DNA of 64,000 nt from an uncultured Fibrobacterota bacterium (lineage in GTDB: Bacteria > Fibrobacterota > Chitinivibrionia > Chitinivibrionales > FEN-1185), in assembly GCA_963753345.1 (NCBI GenBank), contig CAVWBU010000018.1, forward strand, positions 32,001 through 96,000, read 5' to 3'. This document shows, piece after piece, positions 18,506 to 28,209 of the stretch. Position numbers and translations under genes: made by a program. The notes beneath the pieces were generated by a model that saw only the letters and a list, made by a program, of their open reading frames with translations, was not told the DNA's origin and made no database searches. Position 1 is the stretch's first letter, and every line of letters starts with the position of its first letter.

Positions 18506-21112
18506 CTACCGTACCAATGCAAAAGCTGCCGTCCGGCAGCTGTCGCCGATCTTGACTATTGCGCAATAGACCCCCGGCGGCGATTCGAGGCCGCTTTTTC
18601 CCGTCGCGGGCCAGAGTATCCGCTTTTCCGCGCTGCACCCTTTGCCGTCCCATTTCCAGATGAGCCGTCCCTGCTGGCTGTAAATCGCGATCGACAAGCC
18701 CGTGGTTCCGGTCGCCGGAATAACAAAGGTGACACCGGTTCCAGAGGGCCTCATCGAGAACCGCTGCAGCGCTTTCGTATAATCGCCGGCACCGACGCCG
18801 GCGCCTTTTGTCAAGGTAATGACCAGGCGTTTTACCAGATTTACGGGCACGCGGACCGTGCCGTCGGCCGCGGCGGTTTCTACAATCGGCGCCGCGCTGT
18901 CGACCGTGGCCGTGTATTGGCTCCCGGCAATCAATCCACCCGCGACAATCGTGTCGGCCCCGCCGCCGGTGTTGTACGACGGCTCAGCTTCGATCGTCAC
19001 CGCTTGCGCGCCGTTACGCCATGACAGATTCGCGCTGATGGCCGACCGGACCAGCGCGGTTCCCGCGATTGACACAACCGTGCCGCGCGTTATCATGGCA
19101 AACGACGTCGATGCATTCTGGGTGCGCACCAGCAGATTGGTCGCGTCGGATTGGATATTCCCTACAGTCAAGGTTCCAGAATCGGAACGCATGGCGAACA
19201 TGTCGGTGGTGGCGCCGTTCTGCACCTGCACCGCGGTTCCGCCGGTGGCGGCAAGCAGGCTGCTGGCAAGCGCCGGCTGATTGTTGTGCTGCGGCACCAC
19301 CACCGCAGTGAAATGCGTCGACGAAGCGCGGGTCGTGACGGAAAGGCACGGGTGTGACGTGGCCACCAAAGGATCGACGGGAAGGAACGCGCTTTGCAGG
19401 CTGGATGCGGGCGGTTCAAGGAAACGGATGTCAAGACGCATGTTCGATGAATCGGTCACGATAAATTCACCGGCCTGGCCGTTGGACCACGTGCCGGTTT
19501 TGTGGAGCCGCCAGTTGAAAGCGTGCGCGGCAGTGCCCGTGCCTTTCAGATCGTCAATTGATATCACATATCCCCCTTCGACAAAAGCGATATGCCGCAC
19601 GAATTTGCTTGCGTTGACATAGAGTTTTGACGCATCCCCGGCCGCGCATGCGCTTGAGCCCGACAGCATAACGTCGGCCAGATGGCCGCACAAACTGTAA
19701 TCGAACGGCTGATACCATTCGCCGCCCTCATTGGTCTGGCCGAGCGTGTCTATCACGATAGTATTATGGCTTCGCGTAAGCTTGTTGTCGGTCGGGTACC
19801 CGTCGTCCTGCGCAAGCATCCTGCCGCCGGAAAACAGCAGGAAATGGTTCTGATCCGGATGATCGTGCGCAACATTGACGTAATTGCCGTTGCGCAACTG
19901 CTGCATATGATTTCCGCCCGGAGGCCCGCATTTGAACACGAATGCGGTCGCCGTATCGGCCCATGAACCGCGGATTGAGAACATTTCCAGATCCGGCCAG
20001 AACCGGTATAAGGGCAACGTTGCATACGATTGCGGCTGCAGCGTATCGGGATACCAGAGCATGCCCCACATGGTCTGCTGGTAAAAACCGCCGGACTGCT
20101 CTTTCATCAAACGCCGAATCACCGAATCCGCCTGGGCATCTTGGGTGCGGCCGATCCCCGGCAGCCACGCTTCCGCATTGCTGGGCTGACCCTCGTCGGC
20201 GTCGCCGATGTTGAACATGTTGCTCCACCCGGGCGTGTTCATATACAAACGATAAAGATAATCGTTTGTAAAGTGCGGTTTACCGAGTGTCGGGTCGTTC
20301 CCGGTCACGTGTTCGATGAGCAGGGCGGTGCGCGCCACCCACGGGTAGCCGTAATCCCAGTACCCCGCTCCCTCATGCGTGCTCCCGTCATCGGGCAGCC
20401 ATTGGGTGACCTTGGTGAAACACCCGACCGCCAGATCGGCCGCGGTCTGCACGTTGATCGCCGGATCGTCACCGTACATCGCAAATGACGCATGGGCAAG
20501 TCCGTGAATGCGGTTGTGCATGTGGTTATTCTGAAAGTCCTCGGTCCAGTATTGACCCACCGCGAATCGCGGCTGAATGGTGTCAATCGAGCGCTTGAGG
20601 GCGGTCCGCAATGTGGCACGGTCCGTCGGCGACAGATAACCGTAGAGAATATCATATGTCAATGCCATGCCGGAGGTTATATCCATGGGAATCAGATCGT
20701 CGGCGAGCCAATCGGACCGCCCGGCGTAAAACAGCGCCCACGATCGCGCCGCGTTGGCGTAGGCGGTATCGCCTTCGACAAGGTAGAACATGCACATGGA
20801 GAATTGTCCCCAGAAGCCGAAGAGATAATCTTTCCACGTGCCCGGCGGATCGGGTGTGCGCTGCGATACGTAGCCGCCGAAGTCGCTCTTTGCCTTTTTG
20901 TAAAACCAGCTGCACGGTCCCAGCGCGCGCTGCTTGATGGTGGGGATGTCGGCCTGGGTGAAGTAAAGGCGTGGATGCGTGCCTGCCAGATCGGAGCGCA
21001 TCACGAAGGTGTTGAGCGGGGGCTGGACAACAATGGACTGGCCCGCCGCGAAGGCGAGCAATGCCAGCGTGATCATCATGCCGCGAATTGAGAGAGCCTT
21101 AATGTTCTTCAT
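18506..21112 (-). CDS. Heparinase II/III-like polysaccharide lyase (DUF4962-like N-terminus) with T9SS-CTD-like C-terminus
   Basis: HPRLYF, NNHMHN, EGAGYWDYG, HDHPDQNHF, HNTIVID; signal peptide; C-terminal IAIYSQQGRLI...PPGVYCA. Confidence 0.8.
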   Translation of the reverse strand: MKNIKALSIRGMMITLALLAFAAGQSIVVQPPLNTFVMRSDLAGTHPRLYFTQADIPTIKQRALGPCSWFYKKAKSDFGGYVSQRTPDPPGTWKDYLFGFWGQFSMCMFYLVEGDTAYANAARSWALFYAGRSDWLADDLIPMDITSGMALTYDILYGYLSPTDRATLRTALKRSIDTIQPRFAVGQYWTEDFQNNHMHNRIHGLAHASFAMYGDDPAINVQTAADLAVGCFTKVTQWLPDDGSTHEGAGYWDYGYPWVARTALLIEHVTGNDPTLGKPHFTNDYLYRLYMNTPGWSNMFNIGDADEGQPSNAEAWLPGIGRTQDAQADSVIRRLMKEQSGGFYQQTMWGMLWYPDTLQPQSYATLPLYRFWPDLEMFSIRGSWADTATAFVFKCGPPGGNHMQQLRNGNYVNVAHDHPDQNHFLLFSGGRMLAQDDGYPTDNKLTRSHNTIVIDTLGQTNEGGEWYQPFDYSLCGHLADVMLSGSSACAAGDASKLYVNASKFVRHIAFVEGGYVISIDDLKGTGTAAHAFNWRLHKTGTWSNGQAGEFIVTDSSNMRLDIRFLEPPASSLQSAFLPVDPLVATSHPCLSVTTRASSTHFTAVVVPQHNNQPALASSLLAATGGTAVQVQNGATTDMFAMRSDSGTLTVGNIQSDATNLLVRTQNASTSFAMITRGTVVSIAGTALVRSAISANLSWRNGAQAVTIEAEPSYNTGGGADTIVAGGLIAGSQYTATVDSAAPIVETAAADGTVRVPVNLVKRLVITLTKGAGVGAGDYTKALQRFSMRPSGTGVTFVIPATGTTGLSIAIYSQQGRLIWKWDGKGCSAEKRILWPATGKSGLESPPGVYCAIVKIGDSCRTAAFALVR

Positions 21113-21182
21113 GCGATAACCTCCTGCTGATGAGGTTGATTTTTCGAGAGGCGGTGGTTGATTTTAGAGCGTTCTTATCCGG

Positions 21183-22400
21183 TCATTTCGTTACGACAAA
21201 TGACGAGGATAGCGAAGTATTCCTACCTGTAACAGACACCAGATATGTGCCATTTGACAACCCCCCAACCGGCATATACAGGATTCCATTACAAGCCTGA
21301 TGCGTGGCCGAATAGATCTTTTTTCCTGCAAGATTGAACAAACCAATGGCGACTGAGCCGTTATTCGAAGTCTCCGGAAATAACACTGCGATACTATTTT
21401 TATTGATAGTTATTTTTAATTCATTGGTATATGGCTTTAATATTTCCTGGTGCGGGTTAGGATTAATTGCCGATAGCATTTCTGAAAGTGGCCTATACCA
21501 TACCCCGTTTTCACCCGTCGCAACAAAGATCGTGTTACCATTTGTGGCAAGGAAGTACAGAACAATATTCATTGGGAGACCCAAACTAACTTCAGTCCAG
21601 CTTGTGCCATCATTGCCTGAAAGGAAAACGCGGCCATTATAGGTAGCGGCAAAGATATTGCTACCGCTTGCTGCAAGAGTCCAGATATAAGTTCTCGCGG
21701 GGAGACCGGAATTGACCGGAGCCCAGCTTGTGCCGTTATTAGTGGATAAGAAGACACCGCCACAAGTCGAAGAAAAAATATTGCTCCCACTGACTGCAAG
21801 GGAAAAGACACAAGTATTCATCGGAAGACCAGAATCGACTGCAGTCCAGCTTGTGCCGTTATTATCTGAAAGGAATACTCCGCTGGTATTAGTTCCGTCG
21901 AAGATATTGTTGCCGCTCACGGCCAGAGAGTACGTATAAGGATTCGTTAGTCCGGAATTGACCGCAGTCCAACTTGTGCCGTTGTTGTTGGATAGAAAAA
22001 TACCGGTGCCATAAGTCCCGGCAAAAATATTGCTGCCGCTCACGGCAAGGGCGTAGACATAAGCACTGTCCGGAAGGCCGGAGTTGACAGCAGTCCAGCT
22101 TGCACCGTTATTTGTTGACAAGAAAACACCGTTGCTGTAGGTGCCGGCAAAAATATTGCTGCCGCTCACGGCAAGAGAAATAACAGAGATACCACCTGGG
22201 GGGAAGCCAGAATCGACGCTAGTCCAGTTTTTTCCGTTGTTGGTGGATCGATAAGCGCCCATATATCCAGCGAAAACATTGCTATCCCTCACAGCAAGTG
22301 CAAGAACGGAGCTCGCCAGACCTTGGCCCTGCACCCATTGAGCATTTGTCGTATTCGCAACCGTAGCTAGTAGCACGAATAGACAAATGGCTTTTTTCAT
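21183..22400 (-). CDS. Secreted BNR/Asp-box repeat beta-propeller protein with T9SS-CTD-like C-terminus
   Basis: About six repeats of roughly 41-43 aa, LAVSGSNIFAGT..GVFLSxNNGTSWTAVNSGL; C-terminal LFNLAGKKI...LSNGTYLV; visibly AT-richer. Confidence 0.82.
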   Translation of the reverse strand: MKKAICLFVLLATVANTTNAQWVQGQGLASSVLALAVRDSNVFAGYMGAYRSTNNGKNWTSVDSGFPPGGISVISLAVSGSNIFAGTYSNGVFLSTNNGASWTAVNSGLPDSAYVYALAVSGSNIFAGTYGTGIFLSNNNGTSWTAVNSGLTNPYTYSLAVSGNNIFDGTNTSGVFLSDNNGTSWTAVDSGLPMNTCVFSLAVSGSNIFSSTCGGVFLSTNNGTSWAPVNSGLPARTYIWTLAASGSNIFAATYNGRVFLSGNDGTSWTEVSLGLPMNIVLYFLATNGNTIFVATGENGVWYRPLSEMLSAINPNPHQEILKPYTNELKITINKNSIAVLFPETSNNGSVAIGLFNLAGKKIYSATHQACNGILYMPVGGLSNGTYLVSVTGRNTSLSSSFVVTK

Positions 22401-22548
22401 TTGCTTCTCCTTGCATGAAACAAACGGCTGACTCGACCAGGTGCGAACTATGAAGATCCAGCAGGTGAAAAAAAATAGCCCGGACGTGCCTAATTATACC
22501 ACCAGAGTATGTGCAGGTGCAAGAAGAAGTGGGTGAGCCTGAGACGGC

Positions 22549-22594
22549 TTTCCTAAACCGGTTGTCACCGGTTCAACGCCGGTCCCGGGTACCA
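22549..22594 (+). pseudogene. Displaced 3' half of tRNA-Arg(CCT), att-like
   Basis: 20 bp identical to tRNA 18274-18293, then T-arm ACCGG-TTCAACG-CCGGT and CCCGGGT-A-CCA; no 5' half upstream. Confidence 0.85.
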
Positions 22595-22598
22595 TCTT

Positions 22599-22646
22599 GA
22601 AGGCTCCGGAATTCCCTCCAAAAGGTTCCGGGGCTTTTCGTTTTTC
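22599..22646 (+). terminator. Intrinsic terminator-like hairpin after the tRNA fragment
   Basis: GAAGGCTCCGGAA...TTCCGGGGCTTTTC followed by a T-run. Confidence 0.55.
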
Positions 22647-22838
22647 CGTGAGGCGGGCACGGCCTCCTCAAACCTCACCTCCGTCATAGGTTGTTACCTG
22701 AAATGTAATAAAATTCACATTCTTGTTTAAACAAATCACCATATAAATCAATAAGTTATCATACATAAAGCTGTTACACAAAAATATCACATTTTCTGCT
22801 TGATTTACTGCAAAAAAGCGGTTATAATTACTGGTATC

Positions 22839-23696
22839 ATGAACACCCTGCCCGACCTCTACGAATACCTCGACTACCGCAAGTTTCTATCCGATTTTTA
22901 CGACGCGAAGAAGCGCGCGAATCCATTGTACTCGTACCGGGTGTTTGCGCGCAAGGCGGGATTCAACAACCAGGGGTTCTTCATCGACGTCGTGAAACGG
23001 CGCAAGAAGCTTTCCGACAACGCAACAAAGAAAATGACCAGGGGCATGGACCTTGCCGAAGATCGGGCAAGGTACTTCAAGTATCTTGTCAAATACGACC
23101 AGGCCAAAGACGGCGAGGAAAAGGAATTGCTCCTCAAGAAACTCCTGGAATTCAAGTCGAGAACCCTTTTCAACAATGTGTCTTTGCAGTACGCGAACTA
23201 TTATCTGAAATGGTATAATCCCGTTATACGCGAGATCATCGCCGTTGAAGGGTTCGACGGCGATTTCAAGAAGCTTGCCGACAAGATATTTCCCCGCGTG
23301 AACGTGGCCCAGGTGAAGGAATCGGTGAGCGTGCTTGAGGCGCTGGGGATAATCGAGAAAGACGCGAAGAAGGGATACAAGGCAACCCTGATGAAGCTGC
23401 GTCCCAACGTCGTGGAATTGCGCGAGGTGATAAAAAACCTGCACCGCAGATGGATAGAACACAGTGTAAAGGCCATTGATGCAATAGAACCGGAACAGCG
23501 GTACATCAGCTCGCTCATGGTGGGCCTGCCCGCCGCCATTGTTCCCGAGCTCACCAGGAAATTCGAAGAGCTCAAGGAATACGTGCTCGCCGCCGCGGAG
23601 GATCGCGAAAAGGACCAGAAGAAGGACATGCAGATATTTCAGTTCAATTTTCAGTTGTTTCCGCGGAGCGCCGTGCTCGGGAACGGCCATGAGTAG
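22839..23696 (+). CDS. TIGR02147 family protein (putative HTH + DUF4423)
   Basis: LYEYLDYRKFLSDFY, YSYRVFARKAG, LVKYDQAK, WYNPVIRE, FQFNFQLFP. Confidence 0.88.
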   Translation: MNTLPDLYEYLDYRKFLSDFYDAKKRANPLYSYRVFARKAGFNNQGFFIDVVKRRKKLSDNATKKMTRGMDLAEDRARYFKYLVKYDQAKDGEEKELLLKKLLEFKSRTLFNNVSLQYANYYLKWYNPVIREIIAVEGFDGDFKKLADKIFPRVNVAQVKESVSVLEALGIIEKDAKKGYKATLMKLRPNVVELREVIKNLHRRWIEHSVKAIDAIEPEQRYISSLMVGLPAAIVPELTRKFEELKEYVLAAAEDREKDQKKDMQIFQFNFQLFPRSAVLGNGHE

Positions 23697-25335
23697 GTCG
23701 CTGGTCGCCACCCTTGCGCTCGGCGCGATGGCCGCTGCCTTCGGCCTGTACTGCTCGTCTGCGCCCCGCCTCACCGAGTCCACGCCGGCCGATGATTTTC
23801 CCAACGCGGTGGCCGGCATAGTACGGAATGCCGGCGGCAATCCGATTGTGGGCGCCGAGGTGTTCGTCCGGCCCAGCGATTTCCTGGGGGACACGGCCGG
23901 AGCACCGCCGGCGCCCGACGCCGTAACCGATTCGAGCGGCGCATTTCGTCTCGATTCGCTCGCCAACGGCAGATATATCATTGAGATCAGCCATGACACC
24001 CTTGGAGCCGCGGTAGCCTGCTCGCTTTACTCACGCGAACGACGGCTGGTCACCATCCCCGGGCTGCAGCTTGTGCCTTTCGGCGCCGTCACGGGCAAGG
24101 TTACGTACGCGGGTCTTGGCCCGGTGTATGTGCGCACCTACGGACTTGTGCGCTCGGTGCGCATGGATTCGCTGACGGGCGGTTACAGCATCGGCCGCGT
24201 GCCGGCGGGAACATTTTCCCTGCAGGTTTCCGCATTTGTTGCGACAGTGCCGCCGGTGACGGTTGCAAACGTCACGGTGGAGTCGGGTTTCCCGACCGCG
24301 GTTGATCCTGTGACGCTTCAGACATTCGATGAGGAAGACTACACCCAGTGGTCGTATTCGCGCACCATCCACCTGGTGACGACGCCGCTCGGCGCGAACG
24401 TGGGCGACACGGTCGTCCATTTTCCCGTCCTCGTTCGTCTTGATCAATCAACCATTGCATTCAGTCAGGCAAGCGCGGACGGCCGCGACATACGGTTCGC
24501 AAGGCCAAGCGGCATTCATTTGCATTACGAAATAGAACGGTGGGACGCTGTGGGCCGCAGTGCCGCAGTGTGGGTGAGAGTGGATACCCTGTACGGAAAC
24601 GCCACCACCGACATCATAATGTACTGGGGCCGCAAGAACGCGGCGGATTTTTCGCAGGGAAGCTCCGTGTTCGGCAGCACCGACGGGTACCTTGGCGTGT
24701 GGCACATGAACGACGAGTCGGACGCCACGGGTCAGGGACATACGCTCGTGTCCTTGTCGAATGCCACCACTCCGGCGTCGGACACGGGGCTCGCCGGCGG
24801 CGCAATGCGATTCGACGGCGTGGACGATTTCTGGTCTGTTCCCTATGCCTCGAACCTCGACGGCAACAACCGGTTCTCAGTTTCGGTATGGGCGCAGTGG
24901 CTGGGAAGTCAGGTGCCCGGGTACAACCGGATCATATCGAACAAGCGGGCATGGAACGATTCGGCCGGCTTCGAGCTCCTCACCATCAGCGGCAACGACA
25001 GCGCCATTGACGTCCGCTCGGAAGACTCCATCGGCAACGGGCCGCTCAACGTTATTGCCGGAGGATGGAAAGCTCACGGCTGGCACTACATCACCCTGGT
25101 CTGGAACAACGGCGTGTGCGCGATTTACGTTGACGGAAACCTTGCGGATGCGCCGCTTATCAACGCATTCTCCACCACAAACGATCTCGTGTTCGGCTCG
25201 AATGTGGGCAACACCGAGCAGAAATGGAACGGCCGGCTGGATGAAATACGTCTGTCGAACGGTCCGCTGTCCGCGGGGTGGATAAAGTTGTGTTATATGA
25301 ACCAGAAGCCGCAGGATGCGCTGTGCAAGTATTAA
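23689..25335 (+). CDS. Lipoprotein with carboxypeptidase-regulatory-like, DUF2341 and LamG-like domains
   Basis: ATG overlaps the TIGR02147 stop; hydrophobic leader then Cys; FPVLVRL, DGRDIRF, YEIERWD, VWVRVD, GVWHMN, GRLDEIRLSN. Confidence 0.82.
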   Translation: MSRSLVATLALGAMAAAFGLYCSSAPRLTESTPADDFPNAVAGIVRNAGGNPIVGAEVFVRPSDFLGDTAGAPPAPDAVTDSSGAFRLDSLANGRYIIEISHDTLGAAVACSLYSRERRLVTIPGLQLVPFGAVTGKVTYAGLGPVYVRTYGLVRSVRMDSLTGGYSIGRVPAGTFSLQVSAFVATVPPVTVANVTVESGFPTAVDPVTLQTFDEEDYTQWSYSRTIHLVTTPLGANVGDTVVHFPVLVRLDQSTIAFSQASADGRDIRFARPSGIHLHYEIERWDAVGRSAAVWVRVDTLYGNATTDIIMYWGRKNAADFSQGSSVFGSTDGYLGVWHMNDESDATGQGHTLVSLSNATTPASDTGLAGGAMRFDGVDDFWSVPYASNLDGNNRFSVSVWAQWLGSQVPGYNRIISNKRAWNDSAGFELLTISGNDSAIDVRSEDSIGNGPLNVIAGGWKAHGWHYITLVWNNGVCAIYVDGNLADAPLINAFSTTNDLVFGSNVGNTEQKWNGRLDEIRLSNGPLSAGWIKLCYMNQKPQDALCKY

Positions 25336-25364
25336 GTTTAGGTCCCGGAAGTTCAGATTGTTTT

Positions 25365-25888
25365 GCGGGGGAAGGTTCCCCCTCGCTGCGGCCCTGCGGT
25401 CCTCCGCTACCCCCTCGTGGGTAGCCCCCTAGAGAGTTGATTTGCGAGAAAGCAACTTCAGCTGCGGGGGCACCAAGAAAAATTGTAGAGATTGCGAAGA
25501 ATGAGCGGATAAGTTCGGATTGAAAAAAGCAGAAAAGAATGGCATTGCGAGCGGATCTCCCGAAGTCGCACGTGGAATATTTTGCAGTTCAGCCACGTAG
25601 TAGCGCAATATTTATAGCCCGGGGCAACGCCGCGGGAATACGAAGAGAACTATATGCATCTCCCCTCTCCACGGGTGGAGAGGGGGGCCGCGACAGCGGC
25701 CGGGGTGAGGCGACGGTCCTGCGTAAGCGAATCGGCGCAAGAAAAAGTAGTTGACAGAATAGAATCCTGTTGCCGCCGCGTTAAGGCGGGACTGGAAAAA
25801 TGGTCCCGCTGATGCGGGATGCCGCCCGGACCCGCCTTTTGTAGAGACGCAGCGGCGCTGCGCCTCTACATATCCGGGGGAACGCCCA
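25365..25888 (-). repeat. Bipartite structured intergenic element, copy 5 (module X partly replaced by a GTAG-type palindrome)
   Basis: Plus strand GGGGGAAGGTTCCCCCTCGCTGCG...TTGACAGAATAGAATCCTGTTGCC...GTAGAGACGCAGCGGCGCTGCGCCTCTAC...GGGGGAACGCCCA. Confidence 0.85.
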
Positions 25889-25941
25889 GATTACTATTTT
25901 GCCATGACAACCTCAAACAGGTGCGCCCTGACAGATGCACG

Positions 25942-25974
25942 AAAAAAAAGGACTTGCCGAAGCAAGTCCCTTTT
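25942..25974. terminator. Bidirectional intrinsic terminator
   Basis: A8-GGACTTGC-CGAA-GCAAGTCC-CTTTT between convergent genes. Confidence 0.8.
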
Positions 25975-25998
25975 CGATTGTCAACGTACCGGAATTGA

Positions 25999-26952
25999 TC
26001 AGCGGGTGATGGTGAACGATTTTGTTTCCCTCAAGCCGTTTTGCTCCACGGTCACAAAATAAACTCCCCGGCCGATGTTCCCGAGGCTGATAATCTCCGT
26101 GCGGCCGCCTGCATTCAGGTTCCTCACGACGGAAACCATTACCCTGCCCGCGCAATCAAAGACGGATATTGCTGCGGGACCGGCCTGTGCGGGCGAACAG
26201 GAAACAGACAGGTTGGTTCCATTGACAACAGGCATAACCGCATGCCCTTTCTGCACAAGGCCCCGGTTTGTTTCCGGCAGGGCAGACGTGCCATCCAGCA
26301 TGAATTTCATGCCGTGGAAGTTTAACCCCTCGTGGAAAAATGAGACCTTTATTAGAAAGAGGCCGGTATCAAGCGCAAGCCTGGTTTTCGTGGTGTCCCA
26401 TCTCCAGTCGTGATTAATTTCAACGTCGCCCGGCGGCCTGATGCTTATCGGCAATCCACCTACCGAATCGGCCGGGAGGTCGCCGATATTGAAGATGATT
26501 AGGTTGCTGGTATCGACAACGGTGTGATGCAATATCATTTTATAGTTGCCGGCAATGTTCACATGCACTGTGTATTTAAGCCACTCTCCGCTCTGCACCC
26601 ATCCGATATGGGCATTTTTGCCCGGCGGATAGGCGGCGGAGTCAACGATACCTCCAACGGTTCCCGCAACAAAATCATTCCACGTTCCGAAAAGCTGCAA
26701 TGACACCTTTTTGCCCGGGTCGCCATCGCGCCAGTGACAATCACCCATATTGCTCCACGTATAGTTGAACACCACGCCTGAGTCACCCTTGTCGAAATAC
26801 GGGGCATTTACGAAGCCGGGGATCTGTGCCGGTATTCCCTTGAGCGAGTCAAAAACCGTGCCGGCGTACCCTGAGGGCATCGCGGCGCTTACAAGCGATG
26901 CCAGCAGAAAAACCGATGCCGCCGTTCCGGCGGTCTTTTGTTTAGGATGCAT
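25999..26952 (-). CDS. Secreted CBM6-like carbohydrate-binding protein with T9SS-CTD-like C-terminus
   Basis: PAQIPG..FDKG, HIGWVQSGEWLKYTVHV; C-terminal VFDCAGR...GRGVYFV..ETKSFTITR; paralog of 42528 and 43514. Confidence 0.75.
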   Translation of the reverse strand: MHPKQKTAGTAASVFLLASLVSAAMPSGYAGTVFDSLKGIPAQIPGFVNAPYFDKGDSGVVFNYTWSNMGDCHWRDGDPGKKVSLQLFGTWNDFVAGTVGGIVDSAAYPPGKNAHIGWVQSGEWLKYTVHVNIAGNYKMILHHTVVDTSNLIIFNIGDLPADSVGGLPISIRPPGDVEINHDWRWDTTKTRLALDTGLFLIKVSFFHEGLNFHGMKFMLDGTSALPETNRGLVQKGHAVMPVVNGTNLSVSCSPAQAGPAAISVFDCAGRVMVSVVRNLNAGGRTEIISLGNIGRGVYFVTVEQNGLRETKSFTITR

Positions 26953-27034
26953 ACGAAGCCCTCCTCCGATTGGTTATATGGTCCTTTTCCCGTAACCCAC
27001 GCCGCCTGTTCCGCGGCCCTGCCGTATATAGGAG

Positions 27035-27063
27035 AATATAGACTTTCCTGGAGTTTCTGTCAA
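27035..27063 (-). promoter_or_regulatory. Sigma70-type promoter TTGACA-N17-TATATT
   Basis: Reverse strand TTGACAGAAACTCCAGGAAAGTCTATATT upstream of 26952. Confidence 0.6.
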
Positions 27064-27219
27064 CTTTTGAAAAACCAATCGTGCGTCTTGCTGCTTTTGG
27101 CTGTTCTCTTCACAGACGGCGCGCGATCAAGGCCTGCGCTGAGTAATGTCGAAATGATGGCCGTGGCGTATGGTTTTTCGGATTATTATCTGACAAGAGA
27201 CCGGGACACCCGCGCGTTC

Positions 27220-27875
27220 TCAGTCTTTCTTCATGAATGGCGAGGTGTCAATTATTTTGTCAATTAAATCTATTGCTTTCTGTTCAGCATCGTAGGTTGG
27301 ATTGCGGAATATTCCAACTGCAATCGTGCCCTCTATTCGACCATATGACAAGATAACTCTTTGACTGCAATCCCATACGGCAAATTCCAATGAGCAATCG
27401 ACTACATTCGATTGAAACGGAACTAAAGCAACCAACAATCCGGCTCCTGGAACTGGCATTGGCGGGGTTGGTGTTTTTACCTTGAATGATTTTGTTTCGA
27501 ATTTAAAGTCTTTGATGGCAAGCAAATAATCGACTGTATCGCCGTTAGTGTTTTTCGAAATGGGAAAGTTGAATTCCAGGGAATCATTCCTTTTGTATTT
27601 AACCGTCATTGAAATGATTGAATCTTGTCGTGTCCGTGAATCGCTGAAAAATGGAATAACCTTCTCAAAACAAGTTCGGTTCAAAAATACCTTGGCAGCT
27701 TTCTGTCCAGATTGTTAAGCACGCTATCTTCCCCAATATAAAGACCAGTCTCAATTGGTAAAATGCCAAGAACGGCCGTCGAACAGGCCTTGCTTGGTTT
27801 GGATTGCTTTGTGATTACTTTTGGAGCACAGCCAAGTGCCAAGAGTGACAAGAGAACAAAAATTGATGCTTTCAT
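27220..27875 (-). pseudogene. AT-rich hypothetical lipoprotein split by a frameshift near 27700
   Basis: Lipobox LALGC in ORF 27681-27875; one added base joins it to ORF 27220-27684 (DRKAAKVFLNRTCF). Confidence 0.55.
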
Positions 27876-28209
27876 TACATCGACTTCGACGCTCAATGAG
27901 GTTGACCTATGCCAAGTAGAGCCGTCACCTGCTTAACTGCTTTGCAAAAACTACGTATTTCAGGTTCAAAAAGCAAGTCTTACCTCCTGCGAGTCAAGTT
28001 ACGTTGAGTATTGCATTGTATTCCCTCTTTCCAAGGGGGTGCGGCGCCTACGGTCGCCGCGGGGGTTGTTATAATAAGCATTTTCCTTGGCAGGTCTTAG
28101 GGGCGGCCAGCCCCTACCAACTCTTTGTTATTATTTTCGACCTGCATCATTCCTTATGAACAAAACATTTACCTTCTCGCGCACGAAGTGATTTAGTTTT
28201 CATTAATCC

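Noticed and set aside
22500-22594. Second functional tRNA-Arg
   Set aside because: No 5' acceptor strand or D-arm upstream of the anticodon loop.
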